From positions 1-38,057 of the IMG/VR virus record IMGVR_UViG_3300040985_001906: a stretch of DNA of 38,057 nucleotides; one strand, 5' to 3'. This document shows, piece by piece, positions 10,763 to 19,987 of the stretch; position 1 is the first letter of the stretch, and each line of letters starts with the position of its first letter. The position numbers and the translations under genes are program-made. This stretch comes from a virus (Duplodnaviria > Caudoviricetes). The notes below the pieces were generated by a model. That model did not search any database, had not been told where the DNA came from, and saw only the letters and a list, made by a program, of their open reading frames with translations.

Positions 10763-11547
10763 AATACCTCGCAGGAAATAGGATAAGAGGAACTAATTCT
10801 GAAAGAGAATCTAATGCTACTTTAACATTTAGTGATGATTTCTCATCTGATAATGCAACTGACCAACATGCAAATATAGGAGTTGCAAATAATAGATGGG
10901 AATTTGATTTTCAACGTAGTGGTAGTAATGAATCAAGTGCATTAACTTTAAGTTCTGCATTAAGTAATACATGGTGTATGGACTTTGATTTTTATTTAAA
11001 TGCTGTAACTTTGGGTAATACAGCAGGTTGGTTTGCAGTAAGTAACGAAGATGAAACAAGCAGTAGAAGTGGAACTTCAAAACACTCTGTATATGTTTGT
11101 TTTGGAGGTGGTTCTGGAACTGATGATAATATATTTTTACGTTCTACATATAATAGTAGTATGTCAAATGGAGATAATGGTACAGCAGCTTTTTCATTAA
11201 CTACAGATAATGCAGATTTAACTACTCATTTTTGTAGAATGATAAGAGATGGAACAGTTATTAAATTAATATTTTACACAACAATAGATAGAACAACAGT
11301 ATCAGAAACCTTAGAAACCACCATTAACTCTAGTGCAACAGGATTACAATATATTGTACTTCATAATTTTGATAATTTTAGTGGACATTCTGGAACATTA
11401 ACAGGATATATTGATAATATTAAAATATATGATACAGTAACATCTCCTATAATATATCCTCTAAATGTAGTAGATGGCTCAATTTTCTATGAAACTGACA
11501 ATAACAAAGAATACATTCTATACGATAGTACTTGGACTGAATTATAG
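10756..11547 (+). CDS. Modular adhesin 3 (split scaffold plus one module)
   Basis: YLAGNRIRG ... GSIFYETDNNKEY..WTEL; SD-like GAGGT upstream. Confidence 0.65.
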   Translation: MVEYLAGNRIRGTNSERESNATLTFSDDFSSDNATDQHANIGVANNRWEFDFQRSGSNESSALTLSSALSNTWCMDFDFYLNAVTLGNTAGWFAVSNEDETSSRSGTSKHSVYVCFGGGSGTDDNIFLRSTYNSSMSNGDNGTAAFSLTTDNADLTTHFCRMIRDGTVIKLIFYTTIDRTTVSETLETTINSSATGLQYIVLHNFDNFSGHSGTLTGYIDNIKIYDTVTSPIIYPLNVVDGSIFYETDNNKEYILYDSTWTEL

Positions 11548-11825
11548 TGGCAAGAGCAAAGAGTGGCACAAGGATGGCTTATGTCTCCATGATGTCAGAG
11601 GAGAAAGAACTAGCCTGGATAACAAATCATTATAATGGATTACTAGATTCCGTAACGGAAATAGAATCTATCACATCAGAGGCAGGAACAGTATTACAAA
11701 CTGAAGATTCTTTATCATTGGAAATGAATGTTGCTCCTGCTGATACAGAGGTATTTAGTATATCATTTGTAGCAGATGATAATCCCACACCTATCCAAAC
11801 AGTAGGCGAATTTAAGGCTAGTTAA
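11547..11825 (+). CDS. Small tail protein, possible C-terminal half of the 5290 LamG protein
   Basis: GTG start; AWITNHYN resembles a LamG C-terminal helix; SEAGTVLQTEDS is similar to [12 protein letters not shown] in the 5290 ORF. Confidence 0.5.
   Translation: MARAKSGTRMAYVSMMSEEKELAWITNHYNGLLDSVTEIESITSEAGTVLQTEDSLSLEMNVAPADTEVFSISFVADDNPTPIQTVGEFKAS
11648..11660. promoter_or_regulatory. TTCCGTAACGGAA palindrome
   Basis: Exact motif copy, extended by 1 bp on each side. Confidence 0.55.
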
Positions 11826-12003
11826 TACCTAACTCGAATTTAACTTGATCTTGTAGAACAGGATCGTCAGTAAGTTCATCTAATTTTAATTGGATATTTT
11901 GATTGTATAATAAGGTTAATTCGTGCATAGATACCATACCCTCCATATCTCTTTCTAATTTAGTCATATCTCTTAACTTCTCTGACCTTGATATTTTATT
12001 CAT
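11818..12003 (-). CDS. Small antisense hypothetical protein
   Basis: Fills the gap between plus-strand genes; TATA-like TATTTAAAA upstream on the minus strand. Confidence 0.6.
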   Translation of the reverse strand: MNKISRSEKLRDMTKLERDMEGMVSMHELTLLYNQNIQLKLDELTDDPVLQDQVKFELGIN

Positions 12004-12009
12004 GATTAA

Positions 12010-12023
12010 TACTTCTCTTTGTT
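12010..12023 (+). promoter_or_regulatory. Putative late promoter element TACTTCTCTTTGTT
   Basis: 34 nt before ATG 12044. Confidence 0.7.
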
Positions 12024-12043
12024 TTAAATAAGGGAAGTTAAAT

Positions 12044-12688
12044 ATGCTAGATCAGATTGATAGTTACTTTAACAAGCCTAAATTACTGCACGAAACTGCA
12101 CAAGGTTTATCACATCATCTTAAAATAAACTCAGATTCATGGGGATTTACTCTATGGGATGGCAAAGATGTATCATTTAACCCTACCAATATAGTTGAGG
12201 ATAATGAAAGATTACTTTTAGAGGTCCAGAATGATTTAATTAACAACCGTATTACAACAGCAAGGCCAAAGAAATTTGAGTCTATGGACAATGTAATATT
12301 ATTACAAGGTATCAAGGAATCAATAGACAGGGATATTGGAGCAGTATCAACTCAATTAGACTATTGTTCAATAGGATCTAATTCAACTTCTGAAGCAGAA
12401 TCTCAAACAGATTTACAAACAGAATTTACAGATTCAGCATATGCAAGAAAAAGATTTTCAACTCAAGGAAGTAGATCAAGGGTTAATCAAACTATGAAGT
12501 TAGGTATGTTATGGGATGATTCTAGTTTTGATGCTACACCAAGAACTATCAAAGAAGCTGGAGTTAATTGGGCATTAACAGGAACTACAAAATGTCATGC
12601 AAGAGTTGTATCAACTGACTTTGTATTAGATGCTGGAGATTTATTTGTGGTTCAGATTAATGAACTGCAAGAAAATGGAACTCTATAG
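12044..12688 (+). CDS. Tail/baseplate structural protein
   Basis: NVILLQG, IGSNSTSEAESQTDL and TIKEAGV motifs resemble fibre-attachment proteins. Confidence 0.6.
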   Translation: MLDQIDSYFNKPKLLHETAQGLSHHLKINSDSWGFTLWDGKDVSFNPTNIVEDNERLLLEVQNDLINNRITTARPKKFESMDNVILLQGIKESIDRDIGAVSTQLDYCSIGSNSTSEAESQTDLQTEFTDSAYARKRFSTQGSRSRVNQTMKLGMLWDDSSFDATPRTIKEAGVNWALTGTTKCHARVVSTDFVLDAGDLFVVQINELQENGTL

Positions 12689-12690
12689 AT

Positions 12691-13386
12691 ATGGTTGATC
12701 CTAAAATTCAATCATGGACAGGAGGAATAGTATCTGGATCAAACTTAGATCCTACAACATATGGTCAGGGAACTTCATTTCCTAGCTCATGGGATGTAAC
12801 AAGATTATTTTGGCGTTCTGATTTAAAGAGATTATATTACAATAAAGGTACAGAAGGTTCTCCATTATGGGAGGGAGCAGATGTTCCTGTTGGAACAATC
12901 AATATGTATGCAGGAGCAGTAGCAGATATTCCTACAGGGTGGTTACTTTGTAACGGAGCAGCAGTATCAAGAACTACATATGCTCAACTCTTTGCAGTAT
13001 TAGATACGGAATATGGTGTAGGAGATGGATCTGGAACATTCAATGTACCTAACTTTGTAACAAGCAACAAGTTTCCTAGAGCAGCAACCAATGATGCAGG
13101 TAGAGGAACTACAGGAGGAGAATCAACACATACATTATCAACATCAGAGATGCCATCACACAGTCACACCATTTCTCCAAATCCTCACGGTCACTCAATC
13201 AATCTTGACGGATCAAATGCTTCTCCAGGTGTATCTGGACTTAACACTACAGCATTTAGTAATAAAACATCTCCAAGTTCACATACACCTGCTACTGCTT
13301 CATTATCAAACTCATCAACAGGTTCAGGAAACTCACACGAAAACAAGCCTCCATACTTAGATGTTCACTTTATCATAGCAGTTTAA
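12691..13386 (+). CDS. Tail collar domain fibre protein
   Basis: PVGTINMYAG..PTGWLLCNGAAVSRTTYAQLF..YG.GDGSGTFNVP, GGESTHTL..EMPSHSH, HENKPPY..VHFII. Confidence 0.92.
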   Translation: MVDPKIQSWTGGIVSGSNLDPTTYGQGTSFPSSWDVTRLFWRSDLKRLYYNKGTEGSPLWEGADVPVGTINMYAGAVADIPTGWLLCNGAAVSRTTYAQLFAVLDTEYGVGDGSGTFNVPNFVTSNKFPRAATNDAGRGTTGGESTHTLSTSEMPSHSHTISPNPHGHSINLDGSNASPGVSGLNTTAFSNKTSPSSHTPATASLSNSSTGSGNSHENKPPYLDVHFIIAV

Positions 13387-13395
13387 ATATAAGTT

Positions 13396-13406
13396 TCCGT
13401 AACGGA
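13396..13406. promoter_or_regulatory. TCCGTAACGGA palindrome abutting the TATA box of the HTH gene
   Basis: Intergenic, directly followed by TAAATATA, 28 nt before ATG 13434. Confidence 0.6.
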
Positions 13407-13433
13407 TAAATATATCTAAATTATACTAATTAT

Positions 13434-13622
13434 ATGTTAAAACATAAAATTATATATTTACACAAGCAAGGTTATAAAAAAATAACAATAGTAAAAAAAC
13501 TAAATGCCTCTACATCTCACGTATATGAGACTTTGTCAAAGAAAAAATGTGTTAAGAAACCTCATAGAATCACTTCTAATGAGTATAAACATATATTAAA
13601 AATTAGAAATGGTAAGAGGTAA
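13434..13622 (+). CDS. Small basic HTH DNA-binding protein
   Basis: IIYLHKQGYKKITIVKKLNASTSHVYETL fits an HTH pattern. Confidence 0.65.
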   Translation: MLKHKIIYLHKQGYKKITIVKKLNASTSHVYETLSKKKCVKKPHRITSNEYKHILKIRNGKR

Positions 13623-14067
13623 ACAATCTGGAATAGCATTTGGCCAGAGAACCAAGCAAAAAGGACAATCAGACTTAGAACAGTTAATAAGATTAAAACA
13701 GTTTTTAAAGGATAGGTTTCATATGGATTTCAAGAGGGAATGGTATGTTGGATTTGACAGAGAATATGGAAACTTATACAGAATTAGTGAATCAGTTGGT
13801 AAACAAGAACTCGAAAGATTTAAGTGGAAAAACCCTGACCTCTTATGTATTGATAGACAGCACGGAGTTATTATCATTGAGCTTGACGGTGCAATCCATG
13901 ATAGAAAGGTACAAAAAACTATCGAAAGAAATGAATTGTTTAGAGGAGCAGGAATCAAGCTTATTGTCCTTAATATTGCCGATATTAAAGAAAGCAGAAA
14001 AACAATTATAGAACAATTAGAGATAGAAATGTCTAAGCTATTTAAAGGAAAAGAGAAAACTTTATAA
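13609..14067 (+). CDS. DUF559/Vsr-like PD-(D/E)XK endonuclease
   Basis: PDL...IIIELDGAIH...RNELFRGAGIKLIVL. Confidence 0.75.
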   Translation: MVRGKQSGIAFGQRTKQKGQSDLEQLIRLKQFLKDRFHMDFKREWYVGFDREYGNLYRISESVGKQELERFKWKNPDLLCIDRQHGVIIIELDGAIHDRKVQKTIERNELFRGAGIKLIVLNIADIKESRKTIIEQLEIEMSKLFKGKEKTL

Positions 14068-14089
14068 GTACGGTACGTTACCTTATATT

Positions 14090-14329
14090 GTGGTAAAGAT
14101 CTGTCATGATCGCTGCAATATTTTGAAATGCAAAAAAACTACATCTCCAATATATGACAATCATAGAAGATGCACATTATGTTCTGTGTATTATGAAAAA
14201 GATGTTATGAGATGTGGTTGCTGTGGAAATTTTACAAGGTCCAAACCACAAAATTCTAAAAATCGAGAAAAGTATAATAGTAAGACTGTGATCATAGTTA
14301 ATGATGAAACATCACACTTACATTCCTAA
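14090..14329 (+). CDS. Small zinc-ribbon protein
   Basis: RRCTLC...CGCCGNFTRSKP; paralogue of 27387-27620; TTTATAA 29 nt upstream. Confidence 0.65.
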   Translation: MVKICHDRCNILKCKKTTSPIYDNHRRCTLCSVYYEKDVMRCGCCGNFTRSKPQNSKNREKYNSKTVIIVNDETSHLHS

Positions 14330-14426
14330 ATGTTATGAACTTGACTTTGTAATTTTTAAACAAAAGTATGGGAAAAATACATCAAGACAGTTATGTAATT
14401 TAATCAGGGAATCACTAAAGGAATGA
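14301..14426 (+). CDS. 41-aa possible ribbon-helix-helix regulator (not in ORF track)
   Basis: MMKHHTYIPKCYELDFVIFKQKYGKNTSRQLCNLIRESLKE; stop overlaps the MTase ATG (ATGA). Confidence 0.45.
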   Translation: MMKHHTYIPKCYELDFVIFKQKYGKNTSRQLCNLIRESLKE

Positions 14427-14944
14427 ACTTTCCAGATAAGAAATATAATATCATCTATGCTGATCCTGCATGGAGTTATAATGAGAATTGGGGGAATGGT
14501 TGTGTTAAACATCATTATGAAACAACAGGTATAGAACAAATGAAACAATTACCTATATCAGATTTAGCTGATGATAATTGTTATTTGTATATGTGGTACA
14601 CTAATCCTTTTGTTCAAGAAGCTTTAGAATTAGTAAAGGCATGGGGATTCAAATATAAACAAACAGTTACATGGATTAAAACTTACAAAGACGGAACACC
14701 AATCATGGGGTTAGGTTATGATTTTAGAGTATGTACTGAGCATCTAATATTAGCAAAAAAAGGAACTTTGAAAAGACAAAGAAAAGATTTAAAAAATGTG
14801 TTATTTTCTCCTCAAAGAAAGCACTCACAAAAACCTGATGAAATGAGAGATTTGATTTTAGAACATATTGGAGACTTACCACGTATAGAATTATTTGCAA
14901 GGGAAAGAATAAATGGGTGGGATTCATGGGGTAACGAGTTATGA
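14423..14944 (+). CDS. MT-A70 family N6-adenine methyltransferase
   Basis: IIYADPAW, AWGFKY, TEHL, HSQKP, RIELFAR, GWDSWGNE. Confidence 0.92.
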   Translation: MNFPDKKYNIIYADPAWSYNENWGNGCVKHHYETTGIEQMKQLPISDLADDNCYLYMWYTNPFVQEALELVKAWGFKYKQTVTWIKTYKDGTPIMGLGYDFRVCTEHLILAKKGTLKRQRKDLKNVLFSPQRKHSQKPDEMRDLILEHIGDLPRIELFARERINGWDSWGNEL

Positions 14945-16614
14945 CATCATTTATAGATAAGGATGGAGAGACTTGTAATCTTTTAAAACTTGAGGAACTT
15001 AGGCCAATACATGAGAATGATCCTAACATACTACTACAGACCATAGTAGCAGGACAATCAGAGATAGAGCATTATGCCATCATGACAGTATATCAATGTC
15101 CAAACTGTACGCATGAAAAAATATATGAATATCCACAGGACTTTAAAGATTGGAGAGACATACCACAAAAGCACAGATGTGACAGATGCAACTTGGATTG
15201 TTTTCAGAAACAAGTAACCAAAGGACAACTACGCAAAGTCCTAATGACAGAACAGGGAGAGACTAACCCAATACATTTGACAGGATTCATCTATGGAGAT
15301 AACATTACAAAGATTCAGCCAGGAACTAAATTGAACTTACGTGGATTACTAAGGTCCAGAAAGAAAACAGTAAAGGACTTGACATATCACAGATTCTTTG
15401 ACATTAGCCAGTACAATTTCACAGATGAAAAACCTATCATACCAACTGAGGAAGAGATACAACAGTTTAAAGACTTGGATAAAACTGAGGTCATTAAATC
15501 ATTTGCTCCACATATTAGAAATATGTATCTTATCAAAGAGGGATTACTATTGACTTGTCTAGGTGGAGTACAAACACCAACAGCAAGAGGAGATATTAAC
15601 ACATTATTATTAGGAGATCCTGGATTAGCAAAGACTCAACTACTCAAGTTCGTTACGAACATAGTAAAGAAATCAGATTATGTATCAGGGAAATCAGCAA
15701 GTGGAGCAGGGTTATTCGGTGGAGTTGACAATTTATCAGACGGAACTCGTATAGGAAAGCCTGGATCAGTAACTCTATGTAACGGTGGAGTTGCAGCACT
15801 AGATGAGATTGAGAAGATGAATGAAACAGATAGGACATACTGCCATGAGATAATGGAATCACAACAGTTCAGCTTGAGAAAGATTGGTATTGATATTACA
15901 TGGGAGGTTAAGGTATCTATAATTGCTGCTGGAAATCCAAAGAAGAGTAGATGGAATCCCGAACTATCAATCAATGAGAATATCAACTTACCTGATTCGT
16001 TACTATCAAGATTTGGATTAGTATTTCTTGTAAGAGATATACCAAGTATGGATGATGATTTAGCAATAGCAAAACATATCATGCAGGTAAGAAGAGGAGA
16101 GATTACTACAGCATTGAACATAGAACAAATGACTAAATTCATAAACTATGCAAAGACTTTGAGTCCTGTAATACCTGATGATGTAGATGAAGTCTTGACA
16201 AAATGGTGGTCAGAGTTGAGACAGGTAAAACAAAAGGATGAATCATTGTCAGTTGACATTAGAACATATGAGGATCTATGTAGATTAACACAGGCATATA
16301 CAAGATTGGACTTGGAAGAGTTATCAACAAAGGACCATGCAAGTAGGGCAATCAAGATGTTAAATGATTCACTACAGACATTAGGAATGAGTACACCAGG
16401 AGAAAGAAACACAAGCATGATAGAACATATGGACAAGTCCACTTATATCAGATTTGTATTTACTGATCCTGTAACACATGATCAAGCAGTTGCAAAGCTT
16501 ATGGAAAGAAATATATGGTTTTCTACTGAGGAAAAAGCAGAAGCCGAGATTGACAAACTATTAAATAAAACTAACTCACTTATAGAGTCAGGAGGTAAAT
16601 TGATATGGGTATGA
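14941..16614 (+). CDS. mcm: MCM replicative helicase
   Basis: Zn finger CPNC/CDRC, RGDINTLLLGDPGLAKTQLL, LDEIEKM, AAGNP, LLSRFGL. Confidence 0.96.
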   Translation: MTSFIDKDGETCNLLKLEELRPIHENDPNILLQTIVAGQSEIEHYAIMTVYQCPNCTHEKIYEYPQDFKDWRDIPQKHRCDRCNLDCFQKQVTKGQLRKVLMTEQGETNPIHLTGFIYGDNITKIQPGTKLNLRGLLRSRKKTVKDLTYHRFFDISQYNFTDEKPIIPTEEEIQQFKDLDKTEVIKSFAPHIRNMYLIKEGLLLTCLGGVQTPTARGDINTLLLGDPGLAKTQLLKFVTNIVKKSDYVSGKSASGAGLFGGVDNLSDGTRIGKPGSVTLCNGGVAALDEIEKMNETDRTYCHEIMESQQFSLRKIGIDITWEVKVSIIAAGNPKKSRWNPELSINENINLPDSLLSRFGLVFLVRDIPSMDDDLAIAKHIMQVRRGEITTALNIEQMTKFINYAKTLSPVIPDDVDEVLTKWWSELRQVKQKDESLSVDIRTYEDLCRLTQAYTRLDLEELSTKDHASRAIKMLNDSLQTLGMSTPGERNTSMIEHMDKSTYIRFVFTDPVTHDQAVAKLMERNIWFSTEEKAEAEIDKLLNKTNSLIESGGKLIWV

Positions 16615-17588
16615 TTTATGGAGACGTATTGGATGGATTATCTAAGATTGAATCTAACAGTATAGATACAGTTATCTCTAGTCCTCCTTATTATGGTCTT
16701 AGAGATTATGGTAAAGAGGGCCAATGGGGATTAGAAGAAACACCTGAATTATATCTATTACATATGACAAGATTTATGGAACAAATTAAAAGAGTGTTAA
16801 AAGATAGTGGAACTTGTTGGATTAATCTTGGAGATACTTATGCAGGTAGTGGCAAAGGAGCATGGAAAGAAAAAAACAAATCAAAAGAAACACCTGAAAC
16901 AATACCTGACAAAAGGTATAAACTCAAAGAGGATGTTCCAAAAAAATCTAAATTAATGATACCTGAGAGGTTTGCCCTTAACTGTGTCATGGATGATTGG
17001 ATATTAAGAAATGATATAATATGGTATAAACGAAACAGGATGCCTTTTAGTGGTAAGGATAGATTTACCAATAGTTTTGAGCATATCTATTTCTTTGCTA
17101 AAAACAATAAATATTATTTTGATTTAGATCCAATAAGAGAAGTCTGTGTTACAGAATACAAACCATTTAATGTAAGAGTAAGAGACTCAGATAAAAATAG
17201 ATTTTTACAAGGAGCAACAGATGAAGAAGTTAAAAAATATAGAAAAAATTTAAACATACCTGGACAACAACCACATTCAAAAGATATGCAAAGACATAGT
17301 GGTATTTATGGACCAAATGGTAAATCCATGAATAATCCCAAAGGAAAGAATCCTGGAGATATGTGGGATATAACAGTTAAACCATTCAAAGGTTCACATT
17401 ATGCTACATTCCCTATTGACATACCATTAAGAATAATTAAATGTGCCTGTCCTAAAGACGGTTTAGTATTAGATCCATTCATGGGATCTGGAACAACTGC
17501 ACAAGCAGCACAACAGTTAGGCAGAGATTGGATAGGCATTGATATAGACAAAAGAAATGATGAGTTATTGAGGAAGAGACTTGGGTAA
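16605..17588 (+). CDS. Beta-class N4-cytosine/N6-adenine DNA methyltransferase
   Basis: SPPY near the N-terminus, HYATFP, VLDPFMGSGTT near the C-terminus. Confidence 0.95.
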   Translation: MGMIYGDVLDGLSKIESNSIDTVISSPPYYGLRDYGKEGQWGLEETPELYLLHMTRFMEQIKRVLKDSGTCWINLGDTYAGSGKGAWKEKNKSKETPETIPDKRYKLKEDVPKKSKLMIPERFALNCVMDDWILRNDIIWYKRNRMPFSGKDRFTNSFEHIYFFAKNNKYYFDLDPIREVCVTEYKPFNVRVRDSDKNRFLQGATDEEVKKYRKNLNIPGQQPHSKDMQRHSGIYGPNGKSMNNPKGKNPGDMWDITVKPFKGSHYATFPIDIPLRIIKCACPKDGLVLDPFMGSGTTAQAAQQLGRDWIGIDIDKRNDELLRKRLG

Positions 17589-17895
17589 ACTAGCAGATGC
17601 AATAAAGGAATACAAAATATCTCCTCTTAACTCTCCAGCAGAACGTGCTGCAAAGGAAGTCATTGAACAAATAACAGAATCACAATGGTGGAAAGATCAT
17701 GTTGGTTCAGAGTTTAAGTGGCCTAAGAAATATGACAATAAGAAACGTATGTTTGGATTTACAGAACCACAGTTTGTTACTATTAATAATTTTATATTTG
17801 CTAGGCATGAGTTTTGTCCAAGATGTAGGTTGTATAAGGGTTTATTAACTTTCCCTAATGGACAAATAGTGTATGCGAAACCTTTCATTACCTGA
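17581..17895 (+). CDS. Hypothetical protein
   Basis: TTG start after GAGGA; overlaps both neighbours; CPRC. Confidence 0.6.
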   Translation: MGKLADAIKEYKISPLNSPAERAAKEVIEQITESQWWKDHVGSEFKWPKKYDNKKRMFGFTEPQFVTINNFIFARHEFCPRCRLYKGLLTFPNGQIVYAKPFIT

Positions 17896-18607
17896 AATAC
17901 AATCAAGATTTGACAGACACGCAAAGTTGCACAGGTTTGAAGTTGATGAATTATTTAAAAATATAAAACATAAACCATTTACTGAGATTCAATATAGATA
18001 TTTAGAGATAGGGATTAGACATCAATTCATTTACGACATAGAGACATCAGACTTTGATCCTGAACAGAACTTTATCATTTGCTATGTTGGCATATTAAGA
18101 GATATAGTTACAGAGGAAATAGAACACGTACAGGATTCAATAAGTAAAAAGGATATTAAAAAGGCAGTAGCACAAAGTACGTTTAATTTTGATGAGAGAT
18201 TGCTAGAGACTTTATCACATAATATGCATCAAGCACATCATGTAGTAGGACACTATTCAACTAAATTTGATAATCCATACTTTAGATCCAGATGTCTGCT
18301 AACACACCAGGAGGAACTTATACCTTACTATGGCTATCAATTCTATGGAGATACATGGAGAATGATGAAAACTACCATGAAAGCCAAGAGAAATACACTA
18401 AAGAATTTCATCAGACAAACAACAGGTAATGATGAAAAAACCTTTGTGGACCTAAAATATTGGTATATTACACACTTTAAGGATCACAAGTTATGGCAAA
18501 AGAGTATGGATTATATCATTGATCATTGTGTAAAAGATGTCAAAATGACATATGAAGGCTTGAGAAAAGCAGAATTATTCAATAATATAGGCAGGGCTAA
18601 GGCATGA
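17873..18607 (+). CDS. DEDD/RNase H-like 3'-5' exonuclease (PolB-exonuclease-like)
   Basis: YDIETS, GHYSTKFDNPYF, HCVKDV. Confidence 0.85.
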   Translation: MRNLSLPEIQSRFDRHAKLHRFEVDELFKNIKHKPFTEIQYRYLEIGIRHQFIYDIETSDFDPEQNFIICYVGILRDIVTEEIEHVQDSISKKDIKKAVAQSTFNFDERLLETLSHNMHQAHHVVGHYSTKFDNPYFRSRCLLTHQEELIPYYGYQFYGDTWRMMKTTMKAKRNTLKNFIRQTTGNDEKTFVDLKYWYITHFKDHKLWQKSMDYIIDHCVKDVKMTYEGLRKAELFNNIGRAKA

Positions 18608-18723
18608 TGGGTTTATGTCATTGTTGTTGGAGTAGTAATAAATTAATTACTTTAAACAAGTGTGGGCAAAATAGATGTGAACCATGTCACGACAGGGAAG
18701 TTTGTAAATGCGAATCCACTTAG
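18604..18723 (+). CDS. 39-aa Cys-rich peptide (not in ORF track)
   Basis: MMGLCHCCWSSNKLITLNKCGQNRCEPCHDREVCKCEST; ATGA overlap; fills the gap. Confidence 0.5.
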   Translation: MMGLCHCCWSSNKLITLNKCGQNRCEPCHDREVCKCEST

Positions 18724-18920
18724 AAGAAAATGAGGAAGCTCATGGAGAATATATTAGTCATGACGGAACTATAGAAGTATGGCTAGGTGGTCACTTGACA
18801 ATATGGGGTTTGTTTGATACTTTGATTCATGAATCATTACATCAGGCCATTGAAGAAAATAGTGACAGAGATACTACAGAGAAACAGGACCATTGGGTAA
18901 TACAAAGATTATGCTTTTGA
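18708..18920 (+). CDS. Minimal HEXXH zincin-like protein
   Basis: TLIHESLHQ preceded by GEY...TIEVW. Confidence 0.6.
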   Translation: MRIHLEENEEAHGEYISHDGTIEVWLGGHLTIWGLFDTLIHESLHQAIEENSDRDTTEKQDHWVIQRLCF

Positions 18921-18923
18921 GGA

Positions 18924-19307
18924 ATGAGCAATAAGAATTATGTCGCAGGAAGGAATTTTGAATATCGCATCGTCAGATACCTCGTTGCTAAAGGGTACTA
19001 TGTGGTTCGATCGTATGCGAGCAAAGGAACATTCGATTTGGTTGGCGTGCCTCCTAAGTCATCCAAGCTTTGTTGTGCGTTGCTCATACAAGCAAAATAC
19101 TCAAGGAAGGGTAAAGGCTACATACATCCTGAGGAAAAAGCCCGATTGGCAACAGCTAGTAGAAGATACAAAGCTCACAGTTGCATCGTTTATAACGAGA
19201 AGCGAAAACTTAAATGGAAGTTAGTTAATCCATATTATTATGACAGACGAAAAGAATTTCATAGACAAGACAACTTCTCTCAAGACAGTAGAGAGAATAA
19301 AGTTTAG
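18924..19307 (+). CDS. hjc: Archaeal-type Holliday junction resolvase
   Basis: GRNFE..L..KGYYVVRSYAS...DLV...IQAK. Confidence 0.85.
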   Translation: MSNKNYVAGRNFEYRIVRYLVAKGYYVVRSYASKGTFDLVGVPPKSSKLCCALLIQAKYSRKGKGYIHPEEKARLATASRRYKAHSCIVYNEKRKLKWKLVNPYYYDRRKEFHRQDNFSQDSRENKV

Positions 19308-19494
19308 TCTAAAGAATTTCAGCAAGGGTTCTAAGATAGAAATATCATGGGCTTTTAATCCTGAAGATTCAATGCACGTTGATCAGTTCCTGGAACAAGA
19401 TCCAGACAAGAACAATATATTAATTGCTCTTAAAGGATTTAAATCAATGTGTGAGAATACATTAGGTGTGAAAATCTTAACAGACGATGAGTAA
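19240..19494 (+). CDS. Hypothetical protein
   Basis: 84-aa ORF in the operon. Confidence 0.6.
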   Translation: MTDEKNFIDKTTSLKTVERIKFSLKNFSKGSKIEISWAFNPEDSMHVDQFLEQDPDKNNILIALKGFKSMCENTLGVKILTDDE

Positions 19495-19527
19495 CACTTA
19501 TATCCCTTTTTTATTATACACTATACA

Positions 19528-19944
19528 ATGATTCCGAAATCAAAGGGTGCTGAAGATAGTTGCCCTTCTTGTCACAAAGTTCTCGTATGCCGAGAAAAGG
19601 AGTACAAAGGAGAGACTTCCTTACAATGGCAATACAAGGACAAAGAAGAAGCTCATTTTAGCTTTGACTATAAGACAAAAAAAACATCTTGTAAGGAAAG
19701 TGCAACAGGCTTTGCCGAGACAAGAGTTAGCAATACTTCAGCAGATAAAATCAACCTTGATGGAATATCAACACCAGGAGATCAGATGGACATGATCATC
19801 AAGAGTGCTGCTGAACTGACAGAACGAATGTTGTGTATTTTAAGTGGCGTTCAAAAGGTGTGCAACAATGTAGGTATTACACATCCTGCAACCATTGGCA
19901 TGATATTCAATCAGGTCTGTGAAAACAGAAGAAACACCGAGTAA
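19528..19944 (+). CDS. Hypothetical protein with CxxC
   Basis: CTTATAT about 30 nt upstream; CPSC. Confidence 0.7.
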   Translation: MIPKSKGAEDSCPSCHKVLVCREKEYKGETSLQWQYKDKEEAHFSFDYKTKKTSCKESATGFAETRVSNTSADKINLDGISTPGDQMDMIIKSAAELTERMLCILSGVQKVCNNVGITHPATIGMIFNQVCENRRNTE

Positions 19945-19987
19945 TAGTATATAACGGTTTATATACTAAAACTCTTCCTTTTTTATT

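Noticed and set aside
7132-11547. Diversity-generating retroelement acting on the adhesins
   Set aside because: No reverse transcriptase, and no near-identical TR/VR pair differing at adenines was seen.
17873-18607. Exonuclease as part of a split DNA polymerase B
   Set aside because: No ORF with polymerase palm motifs (e.g. YGDTDS in context) was found; the YGDTW here lies within the exonuclease.
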